Below, piece by piece: positions 12,100-23,523 of a stretch of DNA of 35,479 nucleotides; within the stretch, counting starts at the first letter, position 1, and each line of letters starts with the position of its first letter. Source of the stretch: Nemertoderma westbladi. Its lineage: Eukaryota > Animalia > Xenacoelomorpha. Location: contig JAUCBJ010003154.1 in assembly GCA_032718475.1 (NCBI GenBank), forward strand, positions 1 to 35,479, given 5' to 3'. The translations under genes were made by a program, and so were the position numbers. The notes under the pieces were generated by a model, which searched no databases, had not been told where the DNA came from, and worked only from the letters and a program-made list of their open reading frames with translations.

Positions 12100-12888
12100 T
12101 AACCCTCTAGCGGGAGACTGGGTAACTGAAGAAGGAAGGATTAGTTTCCCTACAAAGCCACAGCATATGGTCTATTACATATCTACCAAGTTTCCGATTG
12201 ACGGATCATAAATAACGAAATGTTGGAAGGTTTTCACTTTCATACATTTAGCCCTCTAGCGGCATATTAAAGAACTACGGATCGATCACCTTCCTCACAA
12301 AGACGAGGCATGTGGTCTAGTACATACCGGTACTGTATATTCCAAAATTCAGCTTAAATAGATTAAGATCAAGGAATTCGCGAAGGTTATCACTTTCCTA
12401 CATTTCGCCCTCTAGCGGCAGACTCGAAAACTCCGGACCGATTACTGTCCACACAAAGACTTAGGATGTCTTCTAGTACATATATGACAAGTTTCAGCGT
12501 AATCAGATCATAAACAAATAAATGGAAGAATAATTTCACATTCGGGACATTTCGCCCTCTAGCGGCAGACTGGAGAACTGCAGACAGATTAGCCTCCTTT
12601 GAAATTTACAGCTAATGGTCTAGTACATACTTCCCAAGTTTCAGCTTAAACGGATTAAAAGCAAAGAAATGGGTGGCCATTTAATGTTTAGATATGTGGC
12701 CCTCTACCGGCAGACTGGAAAACTTCGGACCGATTACAATCCACACAAAGACTCAGGATGTCATCTAGTACATATATGACAAGTTTCAGCGTAATCAGAT
12801 CATAAACAACTAAATGGAAGAATAATTTCACATTCGGGACATTTCGCCCTCTAGCGGCAGACTGGAGAACTGCAGACAGATTAGCCTC
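12100..12888. repeat. Tandem array, 145-156-bp units forming a 292-bp higher-order dimer (left part)
   Basis: CCCTCTA(G/C)CGG anchors at 12103, 12252, 12408, 12555, 12700, 12847. Confidence 0.9.
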
Positions 12889-14180
12889 TGTAAAAGCTTC
12901 TGTGGGATATAACTGGCCCCTTTGCTTCGCAATCCAGTTTCCCCCCAGGCGCTGGAATACTCTAAAAAGGTTCTCTAACTGTATATATATTCCCCTCGCC
13001 CGCAAGGTACCGTTATAGGTGTTTTAACGGACATAAAAGTCATTCTGCTATATACGTGTTTTGGCGGACATGGTAAGGCAAAAAACCTGCAATGCACCAA
13101 ATACCTTTCACAGCTTAGCCGTGATGATTCATATTACGACATCTAACAGCTGGTTGCTGACATGGAAACAGCCATTGGACGCATGGTTCTTTGTTTGGCT
13201 TGAGCCAATCAGAGCGATTTTTCCTGTCGACGTGTAGCTTTTCGGCCGATCATAAGGAGAGTGTTCAGTCTTACTGTTTTTTCTTGATACTTTGTTGTTA
13301 TTGCTATCTAGGCCAGGAACAACGGCTCTAGAGTCAATTCGTTTCATACTTTTAGAAGAAACATTAGTAGGCTTAAATTATAGAGCGTATGACTGTTATC
13401 AATACAATGCAATTCAGTCAAATTCATAACACATCATATATCAATTTATATCAACTTGTTTCTATTCTTGTATTATCGGTGCAATATACATTATTATACT
13501 GCTGTTTACTATTGTGTTTGGTTGAACAATATTTGGAGAACATATATAAAGAACCCAAATTTCCCAATTTTCTTGATACACTACAGGTTAGAGAGACGGG
13601 TTATATATAGCGATTGCGACTTATATTGTTGTGGTTTGTAGTGAATTTAATGCTATTTGATAAGCCCTACATGAGTCAATTGCTGTTCGCTTTATATATG
13701 ATAAAATTCATTGACGGTCGGCAAATTAGTGAGCAGTATTGTGTGTTACCGGTAGTGTGCATGATTGTGATTGATAACTAAGCATTTCCTAAAGAATGCG
13801 CCTCATACGTGAATCTTAAGCCTTACCGACTTACCGTTGTGATTAGTATAAGTCATATCTCTGTTTACTTAGATAGAGCGCCACGTCCTAAAGGAACTGT
13901 TAATATTTCCCGAAAGTGAATAATATTAGTCAGAAATTAATTATTAACGATCAATCGAATAATACAATACAGTAAGCTTCACTGCAATAATAATCTAAGC
14001 CCTCAGAATCCAGTCTCCCGGGAATATCCAGCGGGTGAATGGACGCGCACTAGGCTGGCTTCTGCTAATGTTGTGTTTATTGGTATTAAATATTTGTTAT
14101 CTTCTAAAGTATATTTATAAACCAAAAGACATATAAATTTTGGCAGGTTAAACTGCTAAAGGTCTTCAAAAGCGCGTACA
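12889..14180 (+). repeat. 5' LTR, 1292 bp
   Basis: Matches 27591-28882 at constant offset 14702. Differences seen at 13481 (G/T), 13529 (A/T), 14095 (T/A). Confidence 0.97.
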
Positions 14181-14191
14181 ATAACAGTCAT
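14181..14191 (+). promoter_or_regulatory. Putative primer-binding site, non-tRNA type, complementary to the element's own LTR
   Basis: ATAACAGTCAT directly after the LTR is the exact reverse complement of ATGACTGTTAT at 13389-13399. No TGG start. Confidence 0.55.
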
Positions 14192-14246
14192 TGACTTTAT
14201 TGCAGTAAGCAATAAAGTTGAAAGTACCGGTCAACCGGTAAACCTG

Positions 14247-14372
14247 AACCGGTACTTCTGTAGGTCAGTAGGCCCAACTGGCAGAACCGGTACTGCTGTA
14301 GGTCCGTAGGTCCAACTATCAGAACCGGTACTTCTGTAGGTCTGTAGGCCCAACTGTCCTAACCGGTACTTC
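14247..14372 (+). repeat. 38-bp tandem repeat x3.3 in the retroelement leader
   Basis: aaccggtactKctgtaggtc.gtagg.ccaact at 14247, 14285, 14323, 14361. Confidence 0.9.
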
Positions 14373-14534
14373 CAATATAAGTACATTAGTATTATTTCGA
14401 TTGTGATCTATAGTATATTGTAGGCTGCCAGGGGAATAGGGATTGATCACCCCTCATTCCTTTGTATAGTTTACTTATTTCTGTCAGTTTTATTTCCTAG
14501 TAAGTTAATATTGAGCTGAAGACGTGTAAGTCTG

Positions 14535-15122
14535 CTCAGATTGTTCAGATAATTGTAGGCCGGACTGTTGTCGGATTGTTGTTGAGTTTGGAGAGATTAC
14601 GGCGTGTGTAGAGTTTGTCCGATAGAGTGCCAGTTAGTAAGTTGGGGCAGCCATAGCTGTAAGGTCAATCCCCTCTTAAAGAATAAGTCGTACTACCGTG
14701 TTAGAACGCATACTAACTAACAATTTTGGAATCTGCACATACTGTAGTTTATTTAGGCTTGACAGTATTCTGCCAGCGCTTTGGACTGTGTTTGTTTGTG
14801 TAGTCTGTTCAGGTACCGTAATAGTTATTACTCAGATATTTTGTAGGCTGGATTGTTGTCTAGCTATTATTAGGTCTGAAAAGATTGCTGCTTGTGTAGA
14901 GTTTGTCTGATAAAGTGCCAGTTAGTAAGCTGGGGCAGCCATAGCTGTAAGGTCAATCCCCTCTTAAAGAATAAGTCGTACTACCGTGTTAGAACGCATA
15001 CTAACTAACCGTTTTGGAATCTGCACATACAGTAGTTTATTTAGGCTTGGTGGTAGTCTGCCAGCGTTTGGTTTGTATTTGTTTGAGTATTCTGTACGGG
15101 TAGCGTAATATTTATTATTCAG
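14535..15122 (+). repeat. 288-bp tandem duplication in the retroelement leader
   Basis: Near-identical core gtgccagttagtaag...aagtcgtactaccgtgttagaacgcatactaactaac; anchors at 14691 and 14979. Confidence 0.9.
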
Positions 15123-16413
15123 AGTTTATGCGATTATTCGCAACATTCATGTCCCCAAGTTTATTCCTACAGTAATTGTGTTTGTTACACATACCGTTAT
15201 AGTTAAATTAACCCCGGTACTACACGGGCTGCTTGGCGTAGGACAAGACTGGTGACTTTGTGCTCTGGTCACTCCAGCAGATGCCGTGGTTCTTTTAACT
15301 GTTCAAGTATATTTAACTACTGATTATTTGTTGTACCAGTACTTGTACCTAATTTAGGGTTTAGTGTACAGTGCTTTCCGAAGTAATTAGTGTGTAGGCA
15401 GTATATTTGTGTTGTAAAGTGGTTAATAGGCACGCTGGATCTGGTAGTCCGCGGTAATTAACTTCTAGGTAGGAACACTCCGTGATACATAACGTAGTAC
15501 CTATAGCGATACGGTTATAGGTCGTCAGGCGGTGGTATTTTCCTATCTGGACAACGCAGTGTATTTACTACTACTTATTATTTTCAAATACCGTAGTACC
15601 CTGTCCTTTGTAATAACCAGAAATCTAACCCTTTGTTAGGCTGGTTTGTAGACTTCCTGTAAAATTACCCTAAAAATTCGTACGTAATATTTTTGTTGTG
15701 TTTAATTAGAGATTTAATCTCACCCGTATCGTACGTAATTTGTAGTATTAAGTAACTTAGGTAAATTAGAATTATCAGTTTTAGTGTCCAATAAATAGCA
15801 CTTCACTGAGAGCGCACAGCTTCTGTGTAGTGACCCCCCAGAAATAATAACATTTATTTCAAATATTGACAAAACCCATTTTAAACGGGTATATATCTAT
15901 TATAAATCAACTCAAACGATTTATAAATAGTAGGCCTGCCATACAACAACTAGGTCTAAAAATCAGTTGGACTACTGCTTAAATAACGGTAACAAAGTAA
16001 GTTAAAGTAACCAAGTAACCCTAAAATATTCAGAAAATCAATTATTCTAAAATAATTGACATACCGGTATTTACCATAGGCTTATTATATTTATTTCTAT
16101 AAATTTGAGCTGAAATCATACCGGTATTCTGTAATTAATTCTAGTTTATGATTATACTTATATATACTATAAGTGTGAGCTGTATACCGGTATTCACGAT
16201 AGGCCTATTATATATTTATATATATTTGTGCTGAAATTGTATACCGGTACTCTGTGACAAACATAGTTTACAATACTTATATATATATTATAAGCGCATA
16301 CCGGTATTCTAATACTGCAATAAATTACCGGTACTAGGCCAACGGTCATACTGAATTACTAGACTTGCTTTAACTGTAACTATAGCAGTAAGCATTCAAC
16401 TGTATAGCTAAAC

Positions 16414-19400
16414 ATGTCTGACACTCAGCCAAACCTGTCAGACAGCCTAATCGATACAACCATCTGTGACACAGATAGGAGTGTTGAGCGATTAAGAAAG
16501 GAGTTCAGCTCACCTCCTACTGAAAGAAAAGTCATCCCTCCAGTAGTGATATCGGACCCTAAGCTAATCCAACACCGTAGGTCCATCATCGGCACTCGGG
16601 CCCAAGTCAAACGGAACCAGGAAGCAGCTGTCCCACAGCAGCAACAGCCTAGTCAAGAAACTTGTTCCCAGCGATCCGATAGCTCCAGTAGTTCGGATAC
16701 TGTCGAACTGACCCCCGAACGCGGATTGCAGATGACGGCTAAAGCCTACTCGGACCCCCTTCTCACCCTTCCTGCCGCAGTGCTAACTACTATATTGATT
16801 GCGGTGGAGGAACATCAAGCCGACTGGGCGAGAAATAAGCGAGCGACCCAAGATAATTATGCGGGATACGCCAGGGAAGAATTGATGTCGATTGTCGAGT
16901 CACAATGGAACTTTCCCGGACCCGGACTCCCGTTAGATCTGTCCGAGGCTACTTGGGAAGATATACACAGGATGGGAGTGGCTAAAGATACTATGGATCC
17001 AGCTGTTTGGAAGAGGTCGGCAGCAGGATATGTGCAGGGATTCTTCGGCTCCTTAGAGAGATTAGAAGAACAACTGTTTCGACAACCCCAAGGACCTCAA
17101 GAGCAGGAAGAACTGCTATATCAAGTATGCGAAAGAACCCTACGCATTCGACTAATCCTATCGGCTTTTGAGGAAACTTCCAAAAGAAGACAGGACACGT
17201 CGCTGCAGGTTGCTGTCAAAACTTGGTTCCAGCGGGTAGGTCTCCAAGTACAAGAAACAGAACAGTGGAAATCCCAGCTGTCGGAGAGACTAACTTATGA
17301 AGAACCAACCGATGCCACCCTTTCTAAAGTGGAAGGCGAAGAGACCTCAGAGAAACCACGAACGAGAGACGCCATCGACATTTATCTGTCCGACTATCAG
17401 CGATTCCTAGGAGACGAAGAGTTGAGGAGACAGCTGTCTGGACTTTCCCCCAATAGTGAAGGAACCCAGCGTGTGTTAGATTCAATTGATGCTGAAATGT
17501 TAGCTGCTAACCAAGCTGAGTTTGATGAAAAGCTCCGCCTCACTAGAGTCCAAGAAGAACTAGTAAAGAAAAAACGGATAGAGGACCGAAAGGCAGCTGC
17601 AGTAACAGCGGCAATGGCCGAAGTGGAAGCAGAAAGAAAAGCGACTGTGGCAGCAGCAAAGGCAGTGGCAGAAGCAGAACGGAGAGCCTCTGAGGAGACT
17701 ACCCAACTTGAGTTGGAAAATCTGCAAGAGACGCAAGACAACATAAATAAACAGTTAACTGCTAGTCACATGCAGATGATGAGAAAATCTACTCCTAAAC
17801 GCCAGGGATATACGTCATCGGAGGAAAGCGAAACCACCGATCCTGAAGGCGGAGGAAATAGATCTCGTCTAAGCAGGCGTAGAAAAACATCTTACCGTCA
17901 CAAATTGCCTGATTTGCCCCCAGCTGTTAGAAGACAACTAGCTAGCACAGACTTAAGTAGTATAGAACCTACAGACCAAATTATTAAGGTCAAAAGACTC
18001 CCTACTATAGTTGATGAGCCTGAAATAATTAGGCCTGTCGTTCCCAGAGTCACTCCTGTGTTAGAGACCCCTGTACTTCCAGAGCTTAACTCTAAATTCC
18101 CTTTACACAGTACTACACTGCCTGTGCCCGGTAGAACAGTCCATGAGAATATCCCTGTCCTGGAAGCTGAGAGAGAAATCAAAGATTTGTCTCCCGTCGT
18201 CCCACGTCAGCCCGCTACAATGTTGGCGACTCCCGCTTCGGCGGTCGAGTGGGTAGAGGAGGGACGGCGGGGGATGAATCTCCTGCTCGGACAGATGCAG
18301 GAGACTGTCCACCAGCTTAAGGGAACAGTAAGGGAAAGTAGGGCCGAACTGCAAGAAGTGCAGCAAAGTATCACGCTAGAACGCGACAAATTAGTCAATA
18401 TACAAAAGGGCATACCAATACCCCCTGTAACATTGTGTCAACCTGTTAGGTCTGAAGTATTACATGCGCAAGGTGTGGAGCCTACACGCATCTATACTGC
18501 TAGTGAAGTAGAAACTCCTATAGCAAACCCTATTAAGGGTGATTATGTTGTTAACGATATTCCCTATAGACCTGATAATGATCCGAGAAATTTATATACC
18601 GATAATTCGATATTAAATAACACGATGGCCCAAGAAAGCTTTACGCGGCAGATGGCTAGAACAGAAGCCCGCCAAGCGGTCAAAGTGGGAGAGATCGTCA
18701 AATTCAATGGAGATGAGATGAAATGGTTACCTTTCAATGAATATTACAAAGACAGCATACAGAACTCTGTGCTATCTAACGGAGAGAAACTTAGGTTCCT
18801 CATCAAGTGCTTGGAAGGACCTCCCAAGTTAATGGCATTAAAGTTTATTGGACATCCAGAAGGATTAAGACAAGTTTGGGATACATTAAACATCAGGTAT
18901 GGTAACAAGGATAACATAGCTAAGTATTTGTATACCAAATTAGTAGCCCCCCGACACTTCCTTAGTAGCGGGATTATAGAGTTTTCCGATGAAATTCAGG
19001 AGATCTGTAGACAATTGGACTGGTTAGGTAAGTCTCATGAATATCAGAGTTCAATGGTTATTGGAGCCGTAGTCTCTACTTTACCAAAGGGTGGAGTATG
19101 TACACGCTGGGACAAGAAAGTGTTGTACATGAATGAACAACAACGACGAAGTCCTACCATGGCTGATCTCATGTCCTTCTTAGATGGTGAGGTAAAACTA
19201 CAACTCATCAAGCAGTCCAGAGAGAAAACATCGGAAAATAAGGTAAGTGAGAAACCCGCTTCTAGGAGAAGAATAACACCGGTGTGTTACACTGACGACG
19301 GCGAAAGCCAAGTTTCTCAAGAAGAGGACAGCGGGAAAGACACTGACCGATCTTACTACGTTGACAAAACCCCAAAAGATGTAAGTAAATATAAGGCTCG

Positions 19401-22400
19401 AAACAACGATAGGAGAGAACAGGTTGCCAAGACCCCCCCTCAGTCTCCTAACAGAATGCACCGAAGAAAACCCGAAGAAAAAACGAGAGTGCATCAAGTT
19501 ACCCAAGGTAAAGTGAGTAACATAAAACCTAACTGTGCGCTATGCGACGGGACCCACCGTTTGAGTGCGTGTGCTGAATTTCTAAAGAAATCCCTTGTAG
19601 ACAGACGTGCAGTTGTGTGGGACAAGCGGTTATGCTATAATTGCCTCAGACCAGGATACCAACGGCGAACCTGTTACTCCGACATAAAGTGTACAAAGTG
19701 TGGCGCGAAACATCACATCTTGTTACACAGTGAGTTCGAACGAGACAAACAGAGTCAGGTAAGTGAGCCCGAACTACATGTCCAATTCAGTGATGTAAAC
19801 GACACTGATCAGGAGTCTGAGATGGAAGGATTCTATACTGACGAATTCTCCGACGCCAACGAATCCTGTTATCTAATCAATACCGCAGTGTATCGAGCAC
19901 TTACTTATGAAAAGGACACCAACGATGAGTTTCCCCCAACTACTTTTGCCAAACAACCATCTTGGAAAGCTCCAACTTCCAACGTAGGAATCAGAGAATT
20001 TCCTGTAGTGCAGGTAAGAGTTCACGGTCTTAACAAAAGTTACATAGTGAACGCCCTCCTTGACTCCGGCAGCACAGGAACATTCATCGATCAAGAATTA
20101 GCCGAAGATATCTTTGCTGGACAACCCAAATTCCGGACTAAATTGAATATGTCAGGAATTATGCAGGTTTGGAAATCTACCTTAACGGCAGATTACTATG
20201 TAGGTGTGTTGTCCACCCCCCAGGATAAGATAGGAGCACAAGGTATAAGGTCGGTAAAAATGGTGGCTATAAAGAACTTCGCTGCTACTCAAGCAGACCT
20301 TTATAATTGGGACGAGGATGAGAGCATCCAACATCTTAAGATACCTCGATTCCAGACAGATTATCCTGGAGTGCAAATACTCATCGGCCAGAACGCGCAT
20401 GAGGCGCTCGAAACATTAGAGAAACGGCCTGCTCAACCGCAGCCACTGCAAACCTATGCGGTAAGAACTAGAGTAGGTTGGTACTTTACTGGCCCTTCCC
20501 GCAGGACTCTCGAAGAGAGAATGCCACAAGAACAAACATACCAAGTACAAGATTGGGAAGTGGAGAGCAGTGAGGTGGACGAACTAACTGAGAGGACACC
20601 ATACTCCTCAGATAATGACGACATCTACCAACTCTTCGATGAAGAGAACACAATCGACCTACTTACAGAAAACCAAACTTGGAAAAGTCAGGTGAACCTA
20701 TGTCAACTGATTCACCCATCGGAACCCATCGCTTACAATGACGAACTAAACGATGAGATAGAGCGCTACAACGTTAGAACTCGGGACGAACTAGCCGTAC
20801 GATTCTTTACTCAGGAACTGGTAGAGCCCCATTCATATGATAAGGCTCTATCGATAGAAGAAGAAAGAGCCAAGCAAATCCAGGAAACAACTACACGTTT
20901 TTTAAAGGACCAAGGTAGGTATGAAATCGGCCTACCATTTCGAAAACGAGAACCTAGATTTATAAATAACAGACCCTTGGCAGAGAAAAGAATCGCTCAA
21001 TTATATCGACGCCTTACAGCTAATGCTTCAGCGAAAGAAATGTACCAAACTCAGCTGAAGAAATTTATAACAAAGGGATACGCGGAGAGAGTACTGGAAG
21101 GAACACCAGTGACTGAGAGAACGTATTATTTAACACATCATTACGTTCCCAAACCCGGTAAACCCCATGAAGTAAGAGTCGTATTCGATGGCTCTGCTCT
21201 ATATATGGGCCAATCCCTCAATTCCGAGTTGTTACCAGGACCCAACTTACTCCAATCTTTGTTGGGAATACTTTTAAGATTAAGACAATATTCCATCGCG
21301 TTCGCCTCCGATATCGAAGGAATGTTCTTACAAGTCAAGGCGCTGGATCGAGATAGAGACAGCCTGAGATTTCTGTGGTGGCCTGAAGGAGACCTCAATC
21401 AGAAACCGGTAGAATATTGGATGACCATCCAGGCTTTTGGAATCATATCAAGCCCTTCCAACGCCTGCTCCGTGGTGCGAACCACTGCGAATGACAACCG
21501 AGACTCCTTCTCAAAAGAGGTGATAGACAACATAAAACGCAATATATACATGGACGACAATTTAAGGTCCCTTCCATCAGTAGAAGAAGCCATAGCTGTC
21601 GCGAAAGGAACGGTAGAGTGTTTGAAAAGAGGTGGATTTCGACTGACGAAATTCACTAGCAACTCTCGTGAGTTTCTGGAAGCCATACCGGTAGAAGACC
21701 GCGGAGCGAAAGATCTAGATTTAATAAAGGACGATCTTCCTGAAACCAAGACGCTAGGCTTGAAGTGGGACACTGAAAGAGACATCCTGTTTTTTCAGTT
21801 AAAACAGCGAGATAATCCAGTTCGGACCAAACGGATTTGTTTAAGTATCCTGAGCACTTATTTCGACCCATTGGGATTTATTAGCCCAGTTATATTGATT
21901 GCTCGGAGTTTAGTACAACAAATGTGGCTTGAAAACCACTCATGGGACGATCCGCTTAAAGGGGAATTGTTAAAGAAATGGATGAAATGGGAAGATTCTC
22001 TACCTGCCATCGAGAACTTTATAATTTCCCGTGCATATTTTGGTCATGTTCTTCCTACATATTCCTATCAACTCCATGTGTTTGGAGACGCCAGCGACAT
22101 GGGAATAGGTATAGTAGCATATCTGCGAGTCGAAACTCCGGATGGAATCAAAGTCGCCTTGGTTACCTCTAAGGCACTGATTAACAACAAGTTAAAGGTT
22201 CCTCGAGCGGAGTTAAAGGCGGCTTTATACGCTACAGCCATCGGCCGGAACGTAACGGAACAAGTCGACTATCCACTGGAGAAAACGGTTTATTGGACCG
22301 ACGCTTTACTCGTGTTGGAGTATCTCACCAATGAAGTCTGTCAGTTTAGCGTTTTTGTTACTAATCGAGTAGCTATTATTCTTAGTCGCACAAAGATAGA

Positions 22401-23523
22401 TCAATGGAGACATTGCCCTGGTACGATTAATCCAGCCGATATCGCCTCCAGGGGAGCAACTCCACAGGAACTGATAGATACTCCAGATTGGTTGGGTGGA
22501 CCCGACTTCCTGAGCAAGGAAGAGGATGAATGGCCTCCTCACCTTACTACGGCGGAGATTAGACAAGCCAAGGGAGCGGAGACAGTCAAACCTAAAACCC
22601 GGGCGAGTAAATCGAAGTTATTTAAACCGACTATCGATCTATCTGTATTACATACTTCCGGGAATGATGCTTCGGATCCACAATCCCTCAACACAAATAA
22701 GTCTGTTGTGGAAATTAGAGATAGAGATTGGAAATCTGGAATACCAGACGTCTCGCAAGGAATCTCACCCATGCTGCAGAGAGCAATGCATCATTACAGT
22801 TCCTGGAATCGGCTCTGTAAAGCCGTCACATATTTAAGACGATGTTTTCATCATCACTACTCCAGGACGAAGACCACTAGTGATAACGCTCCATTGACAT
22901 CTGCACACGTTCATGTTATTAAAAATTTACCCAAATATAAGACATCTGACCGTTTTCTAAAGGAGAAAATTAGTCACCAGGAGCATGAAGAAACCAATAA
23001 GCAGATACTGAGACTCCTGCAATGCTATGAGGATTCCGAAAAGTATTTCCTATTGTTGAGAAATCCGCAGATGCGCTTAAGGGATCGATTCTCGAGCACA
23101 ATGATAGATGGGTTAATACGTGTTGGAGGAAGACTCACCAATGCGCCCTTATCCTTTGACACCAAATTCCCCATACTTATTAGAAATCTTGAAGTACAAA
23201 TCAAGATGATTGTAGATGTTCACAGTAAACTTTATCATGCTGGTAGAGAACGAATTCTTAGCGAAATTCGAACTCGCTATTATTTTGATAAACCCCGTAG
23301 AGCCCTGAACCAAGTTCTTAGGAACTGCATACCCTGTAGGAAAGCATTCAGTAGGCCTTTAACACAGCGAGAGGCAGAATTACCTAGGGAACGAGTAAGC
23401 TTCTATGAACCACCTTTTACTAATACTGGTGTAGATTTATTTGGCCCTATTGAAGTATATCGTGCGAGGACTATAGTCAAGAGATGGTGTGTCATCTTCG
23501 TGTGCATGACTTGTAGAATGTAG
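16414..23523 (+). CDS. BEL/Pao Gag-Pol polyprotein, truncated in the integrase by a frameshift
   Basis: Gag core (KFNGDEMKW); three Cys/His knuckles (CALCDGTHRLSAC, CYNCLRPGYQRRTC, CTKCGAKHHILLH); protease ALLDSGS; RT NIYMDD; Pao-type RNase H (LHVFGDAS, WTDA, NPADIASRG); integrase H-H-CxxC and GVDLFGP. Confidence 0.95.
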   Translation: MSDTQPNLSDSLIDTTICDTDRSVERLRKEFSSPPTERKVIPPVVISDPKLIQHRRSIIGTRAQVKRNQEAAVPQQQQPSQETCSQRSDSSSSSDTVELTPERGLQMTAKAYSDPLLTLPAAVLTTILIAVEEHQADWARNKRATQDNYAGYAREELMSIVESQWNFPGPGLPLDLSEATWEDIHRMGVAKDTMDPAVWKRSAAGYVQGFFGSLERLEEQLFRQPQGPQEQEELLYQVCERTLRIRLILSAFEETSKRRQDTSLQVAVKTWFQRVGLQVQETEQWKSQLSERLTYEEPTDATLSKVEGEETSEKPRTRDAIDIYLSDYQRFLGDEELRRQLSGLSPNSEGTQRVLDSIDAEMLAANQAEFDEKLRLTRVQEELVKKKRIEDRKAAAVTAAMAEVEAERKATVAAAKAVAEAERRASEETTQLELENLQETQDNINKQLTASHMQMMRKSTPKRQGYTSSEESETTDPEGGGNRSRLSRRRKTSYRHKLPDLPPAVRRQLASTDLSSIEPTDQIIKVKRLPTIVDEPEIIRPVVPRVTPVLETPVLPELNSKFPLHSTTLPVPGRTVHENIPVLEAEREIKDLSPVVPRQPATMLATPASAVEWVEEGRRGMNLLLGQMQETVHQLKGTVRESRAELQEVQQSITLERDKLVNIQKGIPIPPVTLCQPVRSEVLHAQGVEPTRIYTASEVETPIANPIKGDYVVNDIPYRPDNDPRNLYTDNSILNNTMAQESFTRQMARTEARQAVKVGEIVKFNGDEMKWLPFNEYYKDSIQNSVLSNGEKLRFLIKCLEGPPKLMALKFIGHPEGLRQVWDTLNIRYGNKDNIAKYLYTKLVAPRHFLSSGIIEFSDEIQEICRQLDWLGKSHEYQSSMVIGAVVSTLPKGGVCTRWDKKVLYMNEQQRRSPTMADLMSFLDGEVKLQLIKQSREKTSENKVSEKPASRRRITPVCYTDDGESQVSQEEDSGKDTDRSYYVDKTPKDVSKYKARNNDRREQVAKTPPQSPNRMHRRKPEEKTRVHQVTQGKVSNIKPNCALCDGTHRLSACAEFLKKSLVDRRAVVWDKRLCYNCLRPGYQRRTCYSDIKCTKCGAKHHILLHSEFERDKQSQVSEPELHVQFSDVNDTDQESEMEGFYTDEFSDANESCYLINTAVYRALTYEKDTNDEFPPTTFAKQPSWKAPTSNVGIREFPVVQVRVHGLNKSYIVNALLDSGSTGTFIDQELAEDIFAGQPKFRTKLNMSGIMQVWKSTLTADYYVGVLSTPQDKIGAQGIRSVKMVAIKNFAATQADLYNWDEDESIQHLKIPRFQTDYPGVQILIGQNAHEALETLEKRPAQPQPLQTYAVRTRVGWYFTGPSRRTLEERMPQEQTYQVQDWEVESSEVDELTERTPYSSDNDDIYQLFDEENTIDLLTENQTWKSQVNLCQLIHPSEPIAYNDELNDEIERYNVRTRDELAVRFFTQELVEPHSYDKALSIEEERAKQIQETTTRFLKDQGRYEIGLPFRKREPRFINNRPLAEKRIAQLYRRLTANASAKEMYQTQLKKFITKGYAERVLEGTPVTERTYYLTHHYVPKPGKPHEVRVVFDGSALYMGQSLNSELLPGPNLLQSLLGILLRLRQYSIAFASDIEGMFLQVKALDRDRDSLRFLWWPEGDLNQKPVEYWMTIQAFGIISSPSNACSVVRTTANDNRDSFSKEVIDNIKRNIYMDDNLRSLPSVEEAIAVAKGTVECLKRGGFRLTKFTSNSREFLEAIPVEDRGAKDLDLIKDDLPETKTLGLKWDTERDILFFQLKQRDNPVRTKRICLSILSTYFDPLGFISPVILIARSLVQQMWLENHSWDDPLKGELLKKWMKWEDSLPAIENFIISRAYFGHVLPTYSYQLHVFGDASDMGIGIVAYLRVETPDGIKVALVTSKALINNKLKVPRAELKAALYATAIGRNVTEQVDYPLEKTVYWTDALLVLEYLTNEVCQFSVFVTNRVAIILSRTKIDQWRHCPGTINPADIASRGATPQELIDTPDWLGGPDFLSKEEDEWPPHLTTAEIRQAKGAETVKPKTRASKSKLFKPTIDLSVLHTSGNDASDPQSLNTNKSVVEIRDRDWKSGIPDVSQGISPMLQRAMHHYSSWNRLCKAVTYLRRCFHHHYSRTKTTSDNAPLTSAHVHVIKNLPKYKTSDRFLKEKISHQEHEETNKQILRLLQCYEDSEKYFLLLRNPQMRLRDRFSSTMIDGLIRVGGRLTNAPLSFDTKFPILIRNLEVQIKMIVDVHSKLYHAGRERILSEIRTRYYFDKPRRALNQVLRNCIPCRKAFSRPLTQREAELPRERVSFYEPPFTNTGVDLFGPIEVYRARTIVKRWCVIFVCMTCRM

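Noticed and set aside
13129-13641. Short ORFs within the LTRs (also 27831-28343)
   Set aside because: No recognisable motifs; they are duplicated only because the LTR is.
14247-14372. 38-bp repeats as a CRISPR array
   Set aside because: Head-to-tail with no unique spacers, no cas genes, and located in a eukaryotic retroelement leader.
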